DNA of 63,892 bases, the filler included, from Thermodesulfobacteriota bacterium (GTDB taxonomy: Bacteria; DASVDK01), in the NCBI GenBank assembly GCA_036381125.1. It is 6 parts of 6 records of this genome, joined end to end, with 100 filler letters (N's around TTAATTAATTAA, not from the genome) between each part and the next. Parts side by side here need not be neighbours in the genome. Positions count along the whole stretch, not along the records: positions 44,726 to 56,457 come from DASVDK010000267.1; positions 56,558 to 61,457 come from DASVDK010000270.1; 4 more parts are not named here. The stretch is one strand, 5' to 3'. The position numbers and the translations under genes were made by a program. Numbering within the stretch: the first letter of the stretch is position 1; every line of letters begins with the position of its first letter. This document shows positions 48,151 to 58,145 of the stretch, one piece after another. The notes beneath the pieces were generated by a model, which had not been told where the DNA came from, did no database searches, and saw only the letters and a list, made by a program, of their open reading frames with translations.

Positions 48151-48585
48151 TTACGCGGGTTCGTGCGTCCGGTCGCGGAGCAGGCGGAGGAGGTCGGGCG
48201 TGCAGCGACGGCCGGCCGGGTGCGCCCGATCGCACCGCGCCTCGCCGCGGTCGATCCGCGCCCGGACCTCGGCGAGCCGCGCGGGGGTGAGGTCGCCGCG
48301 CGCGACGCCGAAGCAGTAGCAGACGAGCGCCGCGTCGTCGGTCCGCTTGGGGTGGCCGAGGCTCCGCACCGTGTCGGCCGGCACCGAGCGGCCGAGGGCG
48401 TCGAAGTAGCCGACGGGGCAGCCGGGCGCCGGGCAGAAGGCGACGTCGCTGCCGAGGCCGGCCCGCGCGTCGGGCGCCACGAGCGCCTCGACGGTGACCG
48501 CCTCGACGCGGACTCCGGGGCGGCCGCAGGTGGGACAGCGGCTCGCGCCCTGCGGCTCGGTCTCGCTCGTGAAGGCCTTGGACAT
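48151..48585 (-). CDS. Cys-rich Zn/[2Fe-2S] metallochaperone-like protein (CopZ N-terminal-domain type)
   Basis: CPTC, FCPAPGCPVGYF, VCYCFG, CDRAHPAGRRC. Confidence 0.75.
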   Translation of the reverse strand: MSKAFTSETEPQGASRCPTCGRPGVRVEAVTVEALVAPDARAGLGSDVAFCPAPGCPVGYFDALGRSVPADTVRSLGHPKRTDDAALVCYCFGVARGDLTPARLAEVRARIDRGEARCDRAHPAGRRCTPDLLRLLRDRTHEPA

Positions 48586-48648
48586 GGCCCCCCGAGCGTA
48601 GCGCACGTCGGCTCGGGGCACCGGGGCGAGGTAGACTCCGTCACACCC

Positions 48649-49254
48649 ATGCTCGCCGCCGTCGCGCACGGAACGCTCCTCGCCTTCGGGCTCATCCTGC
48701 CGCTCGGCCCTCAGAACGCCTTCGTGATCAGCCAGGGCGCTCGACAGCCGCGGCTCGCGCGGGCCCTCCCGGTCGTCGTCGCCGCCTCGCTCTGCGACAC
48801 GCTCCTCATCCTGCTCGCCGTCCTCGGCGTGTCGCTGGTGGTCCTCACGGTCCCGGGCGTCCGGACGGCGCTGCTCGGCGCCGGCGTTGCCTTTCTCGCC
48901 GTCGTGGGATGGCTCACCTGGCGAAGCGACCCCGCCGGCAAGCCCGACGGCGCGACCGAGGCGTGGCCGGTCCGGCGGCAGGTCCTCTTCGCCGCCTCGG
49001 TGTCGCTCCTGAACCCGCACGCCGTTCTCGACGCGGTGGCGGTCATCGGGACGAGCAGCCTCGCCTACGAGGGCGGCGCGAGGGCGGCCTTCACAGCCGG
49101 GTGCGCGGGCGTGTCGTGGGCGTGGTTCCTCGCGCTCGCGGTGGCCGGCCGCCTCGCCGGCCACGTCCCGACCGCGCGCCGGATCCTCGGACGGGCGTCG
49201 GCGGTCATCATGTGGGCGACGGCGCTCTATCTGGCAGGCCAGCTCCTGACATGA
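48649..49254 (+). CDS. LysE/ArgO family amino-acid exporter
   Basis: LILPLGPQNAFVI, LLNPHAVLD. Confidence 0.9.
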   Translation: MLAAVAHGTLLAFGLILPLGPQNAFVISQGARQPRLARALPVVVAASLCDTLLILLAVLGVSLVVLTVPGVRTALLGAGVAFLAVVGWLTWRSDPAGKPDGATEAWPVRRQVLFAASVSLLNPHAVLDAVAVIGTSSLAYEGGARAAFTAGCAGVSWAWFLALAVAGRLAGHVPTARRILGRASAVIMWATALYLAGQLLT

Positions 49255-50633
49255 GGATGCCCGGCGCCGCCGCCTGGTGGGGGGTCGCCTTCGGCGCGGC
49301 CGTCGTCGCGCGGGTCCTCCCACCGGCGGCAGGGCTCACGCCCGCGGGGCAGGCGGTCCTCGGCGTCGTGCTCGGGGGGATGCTCCTCTGGATGACGGAG
49401 GCGCTCCCGCTGGGCGTCACGGCGGTGCTCGTCCTGGGACTGCTCGGCACGGTCCCGGGCCTCGCGCCGACCGAGGCGTTCGTCGGGTTCGCCTCGCCGG
49501 TCGTCTTCTTCCTGGTCGGGGCCCTGGCGCTCGGCCTCGCCGTGGAGCAGACCGGCCTGGCCGCCCGGGCGGCGCGGCGGCTCCTGGCCGGCTCGCGCGG
49601 CGAGCCGACCCGCCTCTACGCGCAGATGCTGGCCGGCTTCGCGCCGCTCGCCCTGCTCCTGCCGTCGGCCATCACCCGCAACGCCATCCTCGTGCCGGCC
49701 TACCGCGACGCCCTCGCGGCCATGGGCGCCGGGCCGCGGGCCGGCCGGGCGGTGATGCTCGCCCTCGCCATCCTCAACACGCTCGCCTCCTCCGCCCTCC
49801 TCACCGGCGGCGTCAGCTCGATGGCGACGGCCACGCTCCTCGGCGGCTTCACGTGGACCTCGTGGTTCGCCCTCATGGCGGTCCCCTACTACACCCTCAT
49901 CGCGCTCGGCGGGCTCGCCCTCTACCGGCTCCTCGGCCCCTTCGAGCCCGGGCACGGCCGGCCGACGGTCGACGAGGGGCCGGCGCCGCCGCTCACGGGA
50001 GCCGAGCGGCGGACCCTCGCCGTCCTCGCCCTCACGTCGATCCTCTGGCTGACCGACGCGATCCACGGGCTCTCGCCGGCGGTTCCGGCCCTCGTCGGCG
50101 CCTCGCTCGTCCTCGCGCCCGGCATCGGCGTCCTCGAGTGGCGGGCGTTCGAGTCGCGCCTCTCGTGGGGCCTCCTCCTCACCGTCGGCGCGTCGCTCTC
50201 GCTCGCCCACGCCCTCGAGACGACCGGCGCGGCCCGCTGGCTCGCCGGGCTCGCCACCCAGGGCCTCGGCGCCGCCAACCTGCCGCCGATCGCGTTGCTG
50301 GCGGTGCTCGTGACCGCCGTCGCGGTCGTCCATCTCGGCATCACGAACCTCCCGGCCTGCCTCGCCCTGCTCGTGCCGGTCGGCTCGACCGTGGGGGCAG
50401 CCGCCGGGCTGAACCCGGTGGTCTGCGGGCTCGTGGTGGCGATCACGGTGGACGCGGTCATCCTCTACCCGGTCCAGACCGCGGCGAGCCTCGTGGCCTA
50501 CGAGTCGGGGATGTTCCAGGCGGGGGACGTGCGGCGGTTCGGCGTGATTCTCTGGCTCGTGACGATCGCCGTGGTGATCGGCGTGGCGGTTCCCTGGTGG
50601 GCCCTCATGGGCCTGCCGCTCGCGCGGCCCTGA
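49251..50633 (+). CDS. SLC13/DASS family anion permease
   Basis: WMTEALP, LPSAITR, many hydrophobic helices. Confidence 0.82.
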   Translation: MRMPGAAAWWGVAFGAAVVARVLPPAAGLTPAGQAVLGVVLGGMLLWMTEALPLGVTAVLVLGLLGTVPGLAPTEAFVGFASPVVFFLVGALALGLAVEQTGLAARAARRLLAGSRGEPTRLYAQMLAGFAPLALLLPSAITRNAILVPAYRDALAAMGAGPRAGRAVMLALAILNTLASSALLTGGVSSMATATLLGGFTWTSWFALMAVPYYTLIALGGLALYRLLGPFEPGHGRPTVDEGPAPPLTGAERRTLAVLALTSILWLTDAIHGLSPAVPALVGASLVLAPGIGVLEWRAFESRLSWGLLLTVGASLSLAHALETTGAARWLAGLATQGLGAANLPPIALLAVLVTAVAVVHLGITNLPACLALLVPVGSTVGAAAGLNPVVCGLVVAITVDAVILYPVQTAASLVAYESGMFQAGDVRRFGVILWLVTIAVVIGVAVPWWALMGLPLARP

Positions 50634-50668
50634 TCGGCCGCGGCGGGCCGCCGGCGCGCCGGCGGCCG

Positions 50669-50854
50669 CTACGGGAGGCGTTGCTCCTTGATGGCGGCCT
50701 TCGCCCTGGCCTGGAGGTCGGGCGGGATCGTTGCGAGGCCGTGCTTCTCCTTCGCGTGCTGCACGGCGTTGCGCATCACCTCGTCGTCGGTCTTGCCGTG
50801 CGCCTGGAACTCGCAGTCCATCCCCAGGTCTCGGCATCTCAGCATCTTTCGCAT
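50669..50854 (-). CDS. DUF1059 small metal-binding protein
   Basis: CRDLGMDC...HAKEKHG; GGAGG upstream. Confidence 0.85.
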   Translation of the reverse strand: MRKMLRCRDLGMDCEFQAHGKTDDEVMRNAVQHAKEKHGLATIPPDLQARAKAAIKEQRLP

Positions 50855-50974
50855 GTGGGCTACCTCCGGATCCAACGCTCCCGCAACCGGCGTTTGATTG
50901 CCAGAAGAAATGTTTCACAGCCACGCCATCTGCTATTGTGAACCGTTGCGGGCCCGCCTCGAAGCCGGAGCGTC

Positions 50975-52849
50975 ATGTTCGCCGTCGATCGCCTGATCCT
51001 CCTCGCCGCCGTCCTGGTGCTGGGCGGCGTCGTCTCCAGCAAGTTCTCCTATCGGCTCGGCCTGCCGGTCCTCCTGGTCTTCCTCGGGGTGGGGATGCTC
51101 GCCGGGTCGGAAGGGATCGGCGGCCTGGCGTTCGAGGACTATCGCCTGGCCCACGCGGTGGGCACGCTGGCCCTCGCGTTCATCCTCTTCGACGGCGGCC
51201 TGCGGACGCCGCTCTCGGCGTTCCGCGCCGCGTCGTGGCCGGCCGCCACCCTGGCCACGGCGGGCGTCGTGGTGACCGCGCTCGTCACCGGGATCTCCGC
51301 CTCGCTCATCCTGGACCTGCCGTGGATCGAAGGCCTGTTGATCGGGAGCATCGTCGGCTCGACGGACGCCGCCGCCGTCTTCGCCGTGCTCCGGTCCCAG
51401 GGGGTGCGGATCCGGGAGCGGATCGCCGCCACGCTCGAGATCGAGAGCGGCGCGAACGACCCGATGGCGATCTTCCTCACGATCGGCTGCCTCGAGATCC
51501 TGGTCGGCACGGCCGGCTCGTTCTTCGGGCTCGTGTGGCTCTTCGTGAAGCAGATGACGCTCGGCGCCGTCGTCGGGCTCGTCGGCGGGTGGAGCGTCGT
51601 CTGGGTCATCAATCGCGTCAACCTGCCTGCCGCCGGGCTCTACCCGGTCTTCGTCGCGGCCGGGGCGCTCCTCGTCTTCGGGGTGGCCGCCTCCCTGGGC
51701 GGCAGCGGCTTCCTCGCCGTGTACCTGGCCGGCCTGGTCGTCGGGAACAACCGCATCGTCTTCCAGCGGGGGATCTTCGTCTTCCAGGACGCCCTCGCGT
51801 GGCTCTCGCAGATCGGGATGTTCGTCGTGCTCGGGCTGCTGAGCTTCCCGAGCCGGCTCGCCGAGGTCACCTGGCAGGGGCTCGCGGTGGCCGCGGTGCT
51901 CGTGTTCGTGGCCCGCCCGGTCGCCGTCGCGGCGTGCCTCCTGCCGTTCAAGTTCAGTCGGCGCGAGCAGCTGTTCATCTCGTGGGTCGGCCTGAAGGGG
52001 GCGGTCCCGATCGTCCTGGCGACCTTCCCCTTCATCTTCGAGGTTCCGAACGCCCTGCTCGTGTTCGATATCGTGTTCTTCACGGTGCTGATCTCGGTGG
52101 TGGCCCAGGGCTGGACCATGCCGCCGCTCGCCCGGGCGCTCGGCCTCAGCCTCCCCCCCCTGCCCGAACCTCCCGCCACGCTCGAGATCGCCGCGCTCCG
52201 CCACGTCGACAGCCAGATCGTCGACTACACGGTCGACCCCAGGTCCCGGGTGGTCGGCCGGCGCATCCGGGACCTCGCGCTCCCCGACGGGGCGCTGGTG
52301 GCGCTGATCACCCGGGGGCGCCAGGTGATCCTGCCGCAGGGCGACACCGAGCTGCACGCCGGGGACAACGTCTCGCTCGTCCTCAGGTCGGAGGTGCAGC
52401 CGATCGTCGACCAGGTGTTCGCCCCGGCGGCCGAAAGCCCAGGCGTCCCGGCGGAGATCGAGTTCCCGCTGCGGGGTGGGACCACCGTGGAGGAGCTGCA
52501 GGCGATGTACGGCATCGCGATCGATGCCGCGCCCACGAAGACGCTCGACGAGGTCCTGCGGGAGTGGCTGGGCGACGAACTCGAGCCGGGCAGTCAGGTG
52601 ACGATCGGCCAGGTGGCGCTCTGCGTGCGCGGGCTCGAGGACAGCCGCGTCACGCGCGTGGGGCTCGCCATCCTTGCCGAGCCGCCGGACGAGAGCCGGA
52701 CGACCGGTTCCCCCTCGGTCGCCGGGCCGGCGGCCGTCTCACCGGCCGAACACGACGTGGAGCGAGCCGTGCCCGCCGAGCCGGCCGGGGCCAACGCCGG
52801 CCCGGCCGCCCCGGCCCCGGTGAAGCCGGCCCTCTCGGACGATCGCTAG
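50975..52849 (+). CDS. cvrA: Potassium/proton antiporter (NhaP2/CvrA) with TrkA-C domain and C-terminal extension
   Basis: ILFDGGL, STDAAAVF, ESGANDP, GLKGAVPIVLA. Confidence 0.9.
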   Translation: MFAVDRLILLAAVLVLGGVVSSKFSYRLGLPVLLVFLGVGMLAGSEGIGGLAFEDYRLAHAVGTLALAFILFDGGLRTPLSAFRAASWPAATLATAGVVVTALVTGISASLILDLPWIEGLLIGSIVGSTDAAAVFAVLRSQGVRIRERIAATLEIESGANDPMAIFLTIGCLEILVGTAGSFFGLVWLFVKQMTLGAVVGLVGGWSVVWVINRVNLPAAGLYPVFVAAGALLVFGVAASLGGSGFLAVYLAGLVVGNNRIVFQRGIFVFQDALAWLSQIGMFVVLGLLSFPSRLAEVTWQGLAVAAVLVFVARPVAVAACLLPFKFSRREQLFISWVGLKGAVPIVLATFPFIFEVPNALLVFDIVFFTVLISVVAQGWTMPPLARALGLSLPPLPEPPATLEIAALRHVDSQIVDYTVDPRSRVVGRRIRDLALPDGALVALITRGRQVILPQGDTELHAGDNVSLVLRSEVQPIVDQVFAPAAESPGVPAEIEFPLRGGTTVEELQAMYGIAIDAAPTKTLDEVLREWLGDELEPGSQVTIGQVALCVRGLEDSRVTRVGLAILAEPPDESRTTGSPSVAGPAAVSPAEHDVERAVPAEPAGANAGPAAPAPVKPALSDDR

Positions 52850-52876
52850 GCTCGCCCGGTCGGGGCACGGCGCGGC

Positions 52877-53092
52877 TCACGCGTGGGAGGCGGCCTCGGC
52901 GGCGTCGGCCTCCGCCCGGGTGCGGTGGACGGTGCCCGACGGGTGCTCGGGCGGCGTGTAGACCGTGAAGAGCTCGAGCGGCGCGGCGCCCCTGGTGATG
53001 AAGAAGACCAGGACCTGGTCGATCCCCTCGTGCGTCTCCTCGCCGATCTCCTCGCCCGCGGGCACCGACATCAGCACCAGCTGCGAACGGGA
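52877..53092 (-). pseudogene. Cupin-domain gene remnant
   Basis: SQLVLMS...EIGEETH...DQ and LFTVYTPPEHP.GTVH retained; second cupin motif and N-terminus missing. Confidence 0.7.
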
Positions 53093-53215
53093 GGAATCGA
53101 TTATAGCCGGGGCGGCCGGTCCGCCTCGCGGCCGCGACGGCATGGGCTCGCTCCGCTCTGGCGGCAGGAGAGCCCACATGCTACGCATCGGGAGCACGAG
53201 CATCCTGGAGGGTCG

Positions 53216-53539
53216 ATGGCCACCACAACCAGACGCAGACCGCCCACGAGGAAGAAGGCCGCCACGCCGGCGGCCGAGCCCACGTCCGCGCACACCGGAG
53301 AGGCCGTTCGCACCGACGTGTCGCCCACTGCCGAGGGCATCGAGGCCCCATCGGCCGGCTCGGCGAGCACTCGCGGCGCGATCGATCAGGCGCCGCGGCC
53401 GGCCGACGGCGACCTGCACGACGCGATCGCGCGTCGCGCCTACGAGATCTACGAGCGCGACGGCCGCCCCGAGGGCCGCGCCCTCGAGCACTGGCGCCAG
53501 GCCGAGGCCGAGATCCGCGCCGAGCGCGCCGGACGCTGA
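53216..53539 (+). CDS. DUF2934-domain protein
   Basis: IARRAYEIYERDGRPEGRALEHWRQAEAEI; GGAGG upstream. Confidence 0.85.
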   Translation: MATTTRRRPPTRKKAATPAAEPTSAHTGEAVRTDVSPTAEGIEAPSAGSASTRGAIDQAPRPADGDLHDAIARRAYEIYERDGRPEGRALEHWRQAEAEIRAERAGR

Positions 53540-53600
53540 CCGACACGGGGGCGGCTCGCGCCGGCCCGGCCCCTTCGGGCGCCGTGCGGGTCCGCAGGCT

Positions 53601-54506
53601 TCAGTCCAGATCGGCCTCGAGATCCCGGGTGAGGGCGCCGGGGTCGAGGAGGCTCTCGAGCATGCGGAGGTAGGAGCGGTAACGGGCCGGATCGACGGCG
53701 CCCGACCGGACCGCCTCGCGCACGGCGCAGCCCGGCTCCACCCGGTGGAGGCAGTCGGCGAACCGGCACCCCTCGGCCGCGTCGCGCAGGTCCGGCATCG
53801 CCTCGGTCAGGCGGCGCGGGGTCACCCCCGCGAGGCCGAACTCCCGCACGCCCGGCAGGTCGATCAGGATCCCGCCGTCGAACGGGTACCCCTCGGCCAC
53901 GCTCGTCGTGTGGCGTCCCTTGCCGGTGACCGGGTTGACCGCCGCGACCGCGCGCGCGGCGCCCGGGGCAAGGGTGTTGAGGAGGGAGGACTTGCCGACC
54001 CCGGAGTGCCCGACCAGCGCGCTCACGCGGCCGTGCAGGTCGGCCGAGAGCGACTCGATCCCCTCCCCCGTGACGACGCTCGTCGGCCGGACCCGGTAGC
54101 CGATCCGCTCGTAGCGGGCGGCCTCGGCGGCCGTGGCGTCGGCCTCGGGGAGGTCCATCTTGTTCAGGACGACGACGGGGACGATGCCGTCGACCTCGGC
54201 CGCCACGAGCAGGCGGTCGACGAGGCCGGGGCGAAACTGCGCACCCACGGCGGTGACGATCACCAGGCGGTCGACGTTGGCGGCGAGGACCCGCTCCCCG
54301 TCCTCCTCGCGGCGGCGCAGGGCCGATCGGCGCGGCAGGACCCGGACCGCCTCGATCCGGCCGCCGTGCTCGCGCACCTCGACGCGATCGCCCACCACGA
54401 TCCGGCTGCGGCGATTCGTGAACGCGGCGAGCGGTCGCCCGTCCTCGCCGGCGACGATCAGGTGTTCGCGGGAGACGCGGAGGACCAGGAGCCCGGTGTC
54501 AGGCAC
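53601..54506 (-). CDS. rsgA: Ribosome small subunit-dependent GTPase A
   Basis: NKMD, GHSGVGKSS, GRHTT, DLPG, CRFADCLH..EPGC. Confidence 0.95.
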   Translation of the reverse strand: MPDTGLLVLRVSREHLIVAGEDGRPLAAFTNRRSRIVVGDRVEVREHGGRIEAVRVLPRRSALRRREEDGERVLAANVDRLVIVTAVGAQFRPGLVDRLLVAAEVDGIVPVVVLNKMDLPEADATAAEAARYERIGYRVRPTSVVTGEGIESLSADLHGRVSALVGHSGVGKSSLLNTLAPGAARAVAAVNPVTGKGRHTTSVAEGYPFDGGILIDLPGVREFGLAGVTPRRLTEAMPDLRDAAEGCRFADCLHRVEPGCAVREAVRSGAVDPARYRSYLRMLESLLDPGALTRDLEADLD

Positions 54507-54549
54507 GCGTCTAGCCTAGCAAGGCCGCGTGCCGCCGCCGGGTCGAGGC

Positions 54550-56457
54550 CTATGCGCGCGCCTCGGCGTCGTTCGTGCGGAACCGGGCCACGGCGGCGGT
54601 GAGCCGTTCGGCGTTGGCGTCGAGGATGCCGGCCGACTGTCGCAGGGCGACGGCCGCCTCGGCATGGTCGTGCGTCGCGGCGCGCATCCGCTCGGCGAGC
54701 TTCACGACTTCCCCCGCGCCGGACGCCTGCTCGCGCGTCGCGCGCTGGATCTCCTTCGCCATCTCGGCGAGCCTCGCCACCTCGCGCTCGACCTGCGCAC
54801 CGCCCGCGGCCTGGTCGCGCGTGGCCTGGCCGATGTCGGCCGTGCAGCGCCCGACCTCGGCCACCGTCGCCTCGATGCGGGCCAGCTCGGCCGTCACCTC
54901 CGCCGCGGCGGCGTCGATCCGCGCGAGCGCGTCCCTCACCTCGCCGCCGAGGACGAGCCCTTCGGCCACGCTGTCGCGGGAGGCCTGCATGTGCGCCACC
55001 GCGGCGAGCGTCTCCTCCTGAATGGCGGCCACGAGGCCGCCGATCTCCTTCGTGGACTGGGCGCTCCGCTCGGCGAGCGTGCGCACCTCCTGGGCCACCA
55101 CCGCGAAGCTCTTCCCCTGCTCGCCCGCCTGGGCGGCGATGATCGCGGCGTTGAGGGCGAGGAGGTTCGTCCGGTTCGTGATGTCGTCGATGATGCCGAC
55201 GATGCGGCCGATCTCCTGCGCGCGCCGGCCGAGCCCCTCGATCACTTCGGCCGAGCCGCCGATGGCGGCCGAGATGCGCGCCATGCCGGTGGTGGACCGC
55301 TCCACGGCCTTGAGCCCGCCGGCCACCGCGTCGGCCGACCGGCGCACGGCCGCCTGGCCGCTCGATACGGCCTCGCCCGACCGCCGCGCGATGTCCGCCA
55401 GCTCCTGGCCGCGCTCGCTGATGCGCCGGGCCGACGCCACCATCTGCGCCACAGCGGAGGCGGTCTCCGCCGCGCTTGCCGCCTGCCCCTGGGCGTTCTC
55501 GGCCACCTCCTGCACGTTCGCCGACAGCTCGAGCATCGTCGACGTCATTTCCTCGATGGCCGCCTGCGCCCCCTCGGCGCCCTTCGCGCCGTCGTCGCTC
55601 GCCGCGGCGATCCCGCCCGCGGCCGCCGCCACCTCGCCGGCCCCGCCGCGCACCTCGCCGACGAGCCCGCGCAGGCCGGTGACCATGTTGGCGAACGCCC
55701 GGCCGAGCAGGTCGCGGTCCGACTTGGGCCGGACCGACTCGCGCAGATCACCGGTGGCCACGGCCTCCGCCGTGCGGGCGATCGCCCGCAGGTAGGTCGT
55801 CATCTCCGAGAAGGCCCAGCCGAGGACGTCGCGGTCGGACCTGGGCGTCACCGATGTGCGCAGGTCGCCCTGGCTGATCGCCTCCGCGGCGGCCGCCATC
55901 GACTTGAGGTAGATGCCCATGCCGTTGAAGGCCTGGCCGAGCACGTCCCGATCGGAGCGCGGCTCGACGCGGGCGCCGAGGTCGCCGTCGGCGATGCGCT
56001 GCGCCGTCGCGGCCATGTCGCGGAGGTAGGCCGTCATCCCGTTGACCGCCTCGGTGAGCCTGGCCGTCTCGTCGCGGCCCTGCGTCGGCACCCGCTCCGG
56101 CAGATCGCCCACCGCCACGCGCTCCGCGATCCGCACCGCGAGCGCGATGGGGCGCGTGAGGCTGCGGGTGAGCACCCACCCGACGAGCGCGGCCAGCGCG
56201 ATCGCCAGGGTCACGGCGGCGTACGTCGTCGCCGAGGCCCGCGCGACCAGCCCCTTCAGCTCCGCCTCGTATGCCGCCTTGGCCTGGCTGGCCTCCTCGC
56301 CGAGGCGCTGGGCCGCCGCCTCGACCGCGCGGCCGGAATCGGCGTACTGCCCGAGCGCGACCCGGGCCGAGACCGGGTCGGCGATGAGGCCGGAGCCGAT
56401 CATCCCGGAGACCGTGGCGAAGCCCGACTCGTAGTCCGCGAGCGCCGCGCGCATGTT
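54550..56457 (-). CDS. Methyl-accepting chemotaxis protein with tandem HAMP-like repeats (5'-truncated)
   Basis: [34 protein letters not shown]; three PRSDRDVLG-like repeats. Confidence 0.93.
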   Translation of the reverse strand, partial: NMRAALADYESGFATVSGMIGSGLIADPVSARVALGQYADSGRAVEAAAQRLGEEASQAKAAYEAELKGLVARASATTYAAVTLAIALAALVGWVLTRSLTRPIALAVRIAERVAVGDLPERVPTQGRDETARLTEAVNGMTAYLRDMAATAQRIADGDLGARVEPRSDRDVLGQAFNGMGIYLKSMAAAAEAISQGDLRTSVTPRSDRDVLGWAFSEMTTYLRAIARTAEAVATGDLRESVRPKSDRDLLGRAFANMVTGLRGLVGEVRGGAGEVAAAAGGIAAASDDGAKGAEGAQAAIEEMTSTMLELSANVQEVAENAQGQAASAAETASAVAQMVASARRISERGQELADIARRSGEAVSSGQAAVRRSADAVAGGLKAVERSTTGMARISAAIGGSAEVIEGLGRRAQEIGRIVGIIDDITNRTNLLALNAAIIAAQAGEQGKSFAVVAQEVRTLAERSAQSTKEIGGLVAAIQEETLAAVAHMQASRDSVAEGLVLGGEVRDALARIDAAAAEVTAELARIEATVAEVGRCTADIGQATRDQAAGGAQVEREVARLAEMAKEIQRATREQASGAGEVVKLAERMRAATHDHAEAAVALRQSAGILDANAERLTAAVARFRTNDAEARA

Positions 56458-56557
56458 NNNNNNNNNNNNNNNNNNNNNNNNNNNNNNNNNNNNNNNNNNN
56501 NTTAATTAATTAANNNNNNNNNNNNNNNNNNNNNNNNNNNNNNNNNNNNNNNNNNNN
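56458..56557. other. Artificial contig linker
   Basis: N44-TTAATTAATTAA-N44. Confidence 0.99.
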
Positions 56558-58068
56558 GCCGGCGTCATCCCGGAGCCGGTGTCCTGGACGAGCACGTGGG
56601 CGTAGGTGCCGGCGGGGAGCGCGGCGCGGTCGGCGGCCGAACCGGCGACCTGGACGCGCTCGGTGGCGACGGTGATGCGGCCTCCGGCCGGCGTCGCGTC
56701 GCGGGCGTTCACGACCAGGTTGAGGAGGGCGGTCTCGAACTGGCCCGGGTCGAGGCGGCAGCGGGGGACGGCGGGATCGAGCCGTGCCTCGAGCACCACC
56801 CGCCGGCCGGCCGCCTGGCGCAGGAGCGGCTCGAAGGTGCGGATGAGGTCGTTCGGACAGACCGTTTCCGGGTGGAGGTCCTGGCGCCGCGCGAAGGCGA
56901 GGAGCTGGCCGACGAGCCGCGTGCCGCGCTGCACGGCGCGCTCCGCCATCTCGGCGAGCTGCTGGCACTCGGCGTGCCCGGTGCTGCGACGGATCATGGC
57001 GAGGCTGCCGGACACCACCGTGAGGAGGTTGCCGAAGTCGTGGGCGACGCCGCCCGTGAGCCGGCCGAGCGCCTCGAGGCGCTGCGACCGGGCGAGGCGA
57101 GCTTCGGCTTCGCGCCGGCGGCGTCGGCGCTCGACGAGCAGCGCCGTGGTCGCGGCGACGAGCACCAGGAGGACGCCCGTCGTGCCGCCGAGCGCCATCG
57201 CCCTGGTACGCCACTCGGCAAGCAGGGCCTGCTCGGTCAGACCGACCATGACGACGAGCGGGAGGCCCTCGACCGGACGGAAGCTCACGACCCGCACCCT
57301 GCCGTCGAGCGGGCTCGGTCCGCGCAGGGTCCGGTTCGGCCCGTCGAGCCTCTGGCGGAATACCTCGCTCTCGGTCGGGATGCTCCCGACCCCCTCGCTG
57401 TTCGGGATGCGCGCGACGAGCGTGCCGTCGGCCAGGAAGAGCGCCAGCGAGCCGCCGGGGCCCACGTCGATCCCGTTGTAGAAGCTGGTGAGGGAGCTCA
57501 CCTCGACCGCGGCGGCGACCACCCCGCCGAAGCCGCCGTCCGGCGCGGTCACGCGCCGGCTCATGCTGAGAAACCAGGTTCCGGTGGAGCGGCTCACGAG
57601 CGGCGTGCCGACGTGCAGCCCGAGATTCGGGTCGTCCCGGTGGGCCTGGAAGTAGGGCCGGTCGGCGAGGCTCACGTCCGGCGTGCCGACGTCGGTGTCC
57701 TGCGTGATGTGACCGTCGGGACCGATGACGAAGAGCGCACGGACGTACGGGAGGGAGGGGAGCCGCTCCCGCATCGCCTCCTCGAACGCCGGGCTGTGCT
57801 TCGGCCTTCCGGGCGTGAGCTCGAGGGCCTGCGCGATCCCCTGGAGCGTGAGGTCGACCGCCAGCATGCTCCTGAGCGTCTGCTCGGCGAGCACGTGCGC
57901 GAGCCCCTCGGCCCGGCGCTCCCCCTCGGCGAGCGCCGCCTCGCGGCTACGCCAGAGGTCCGCGGCGGCCAGCGCGACGATGCCCGCCGCGAGAATGGCG
58001 GCCGGGACCACGAACGGAAGCGCCTCGCGGCACCGCCCGAAGGCGCGGTGTACCGTGCCGGGCTTCAT
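56558..58068 (-). CDS. Cache-domain sensor histidine kinase (3'-truncated)
   Basis: Two TMs, DRPYF sensor motif, GGVAHDFGNLL H-box, NLVVNARDA N-box, DTGSGM. Confidence 0.92.
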
Positions 58069-58145
58069 ACGGGGCGAATCGTATCATGGTGGCCGGACGG
58101 TCCGGCCAAAGGAAATCCTTCACGAAGTTGCGGTCGCGCCGGCGA

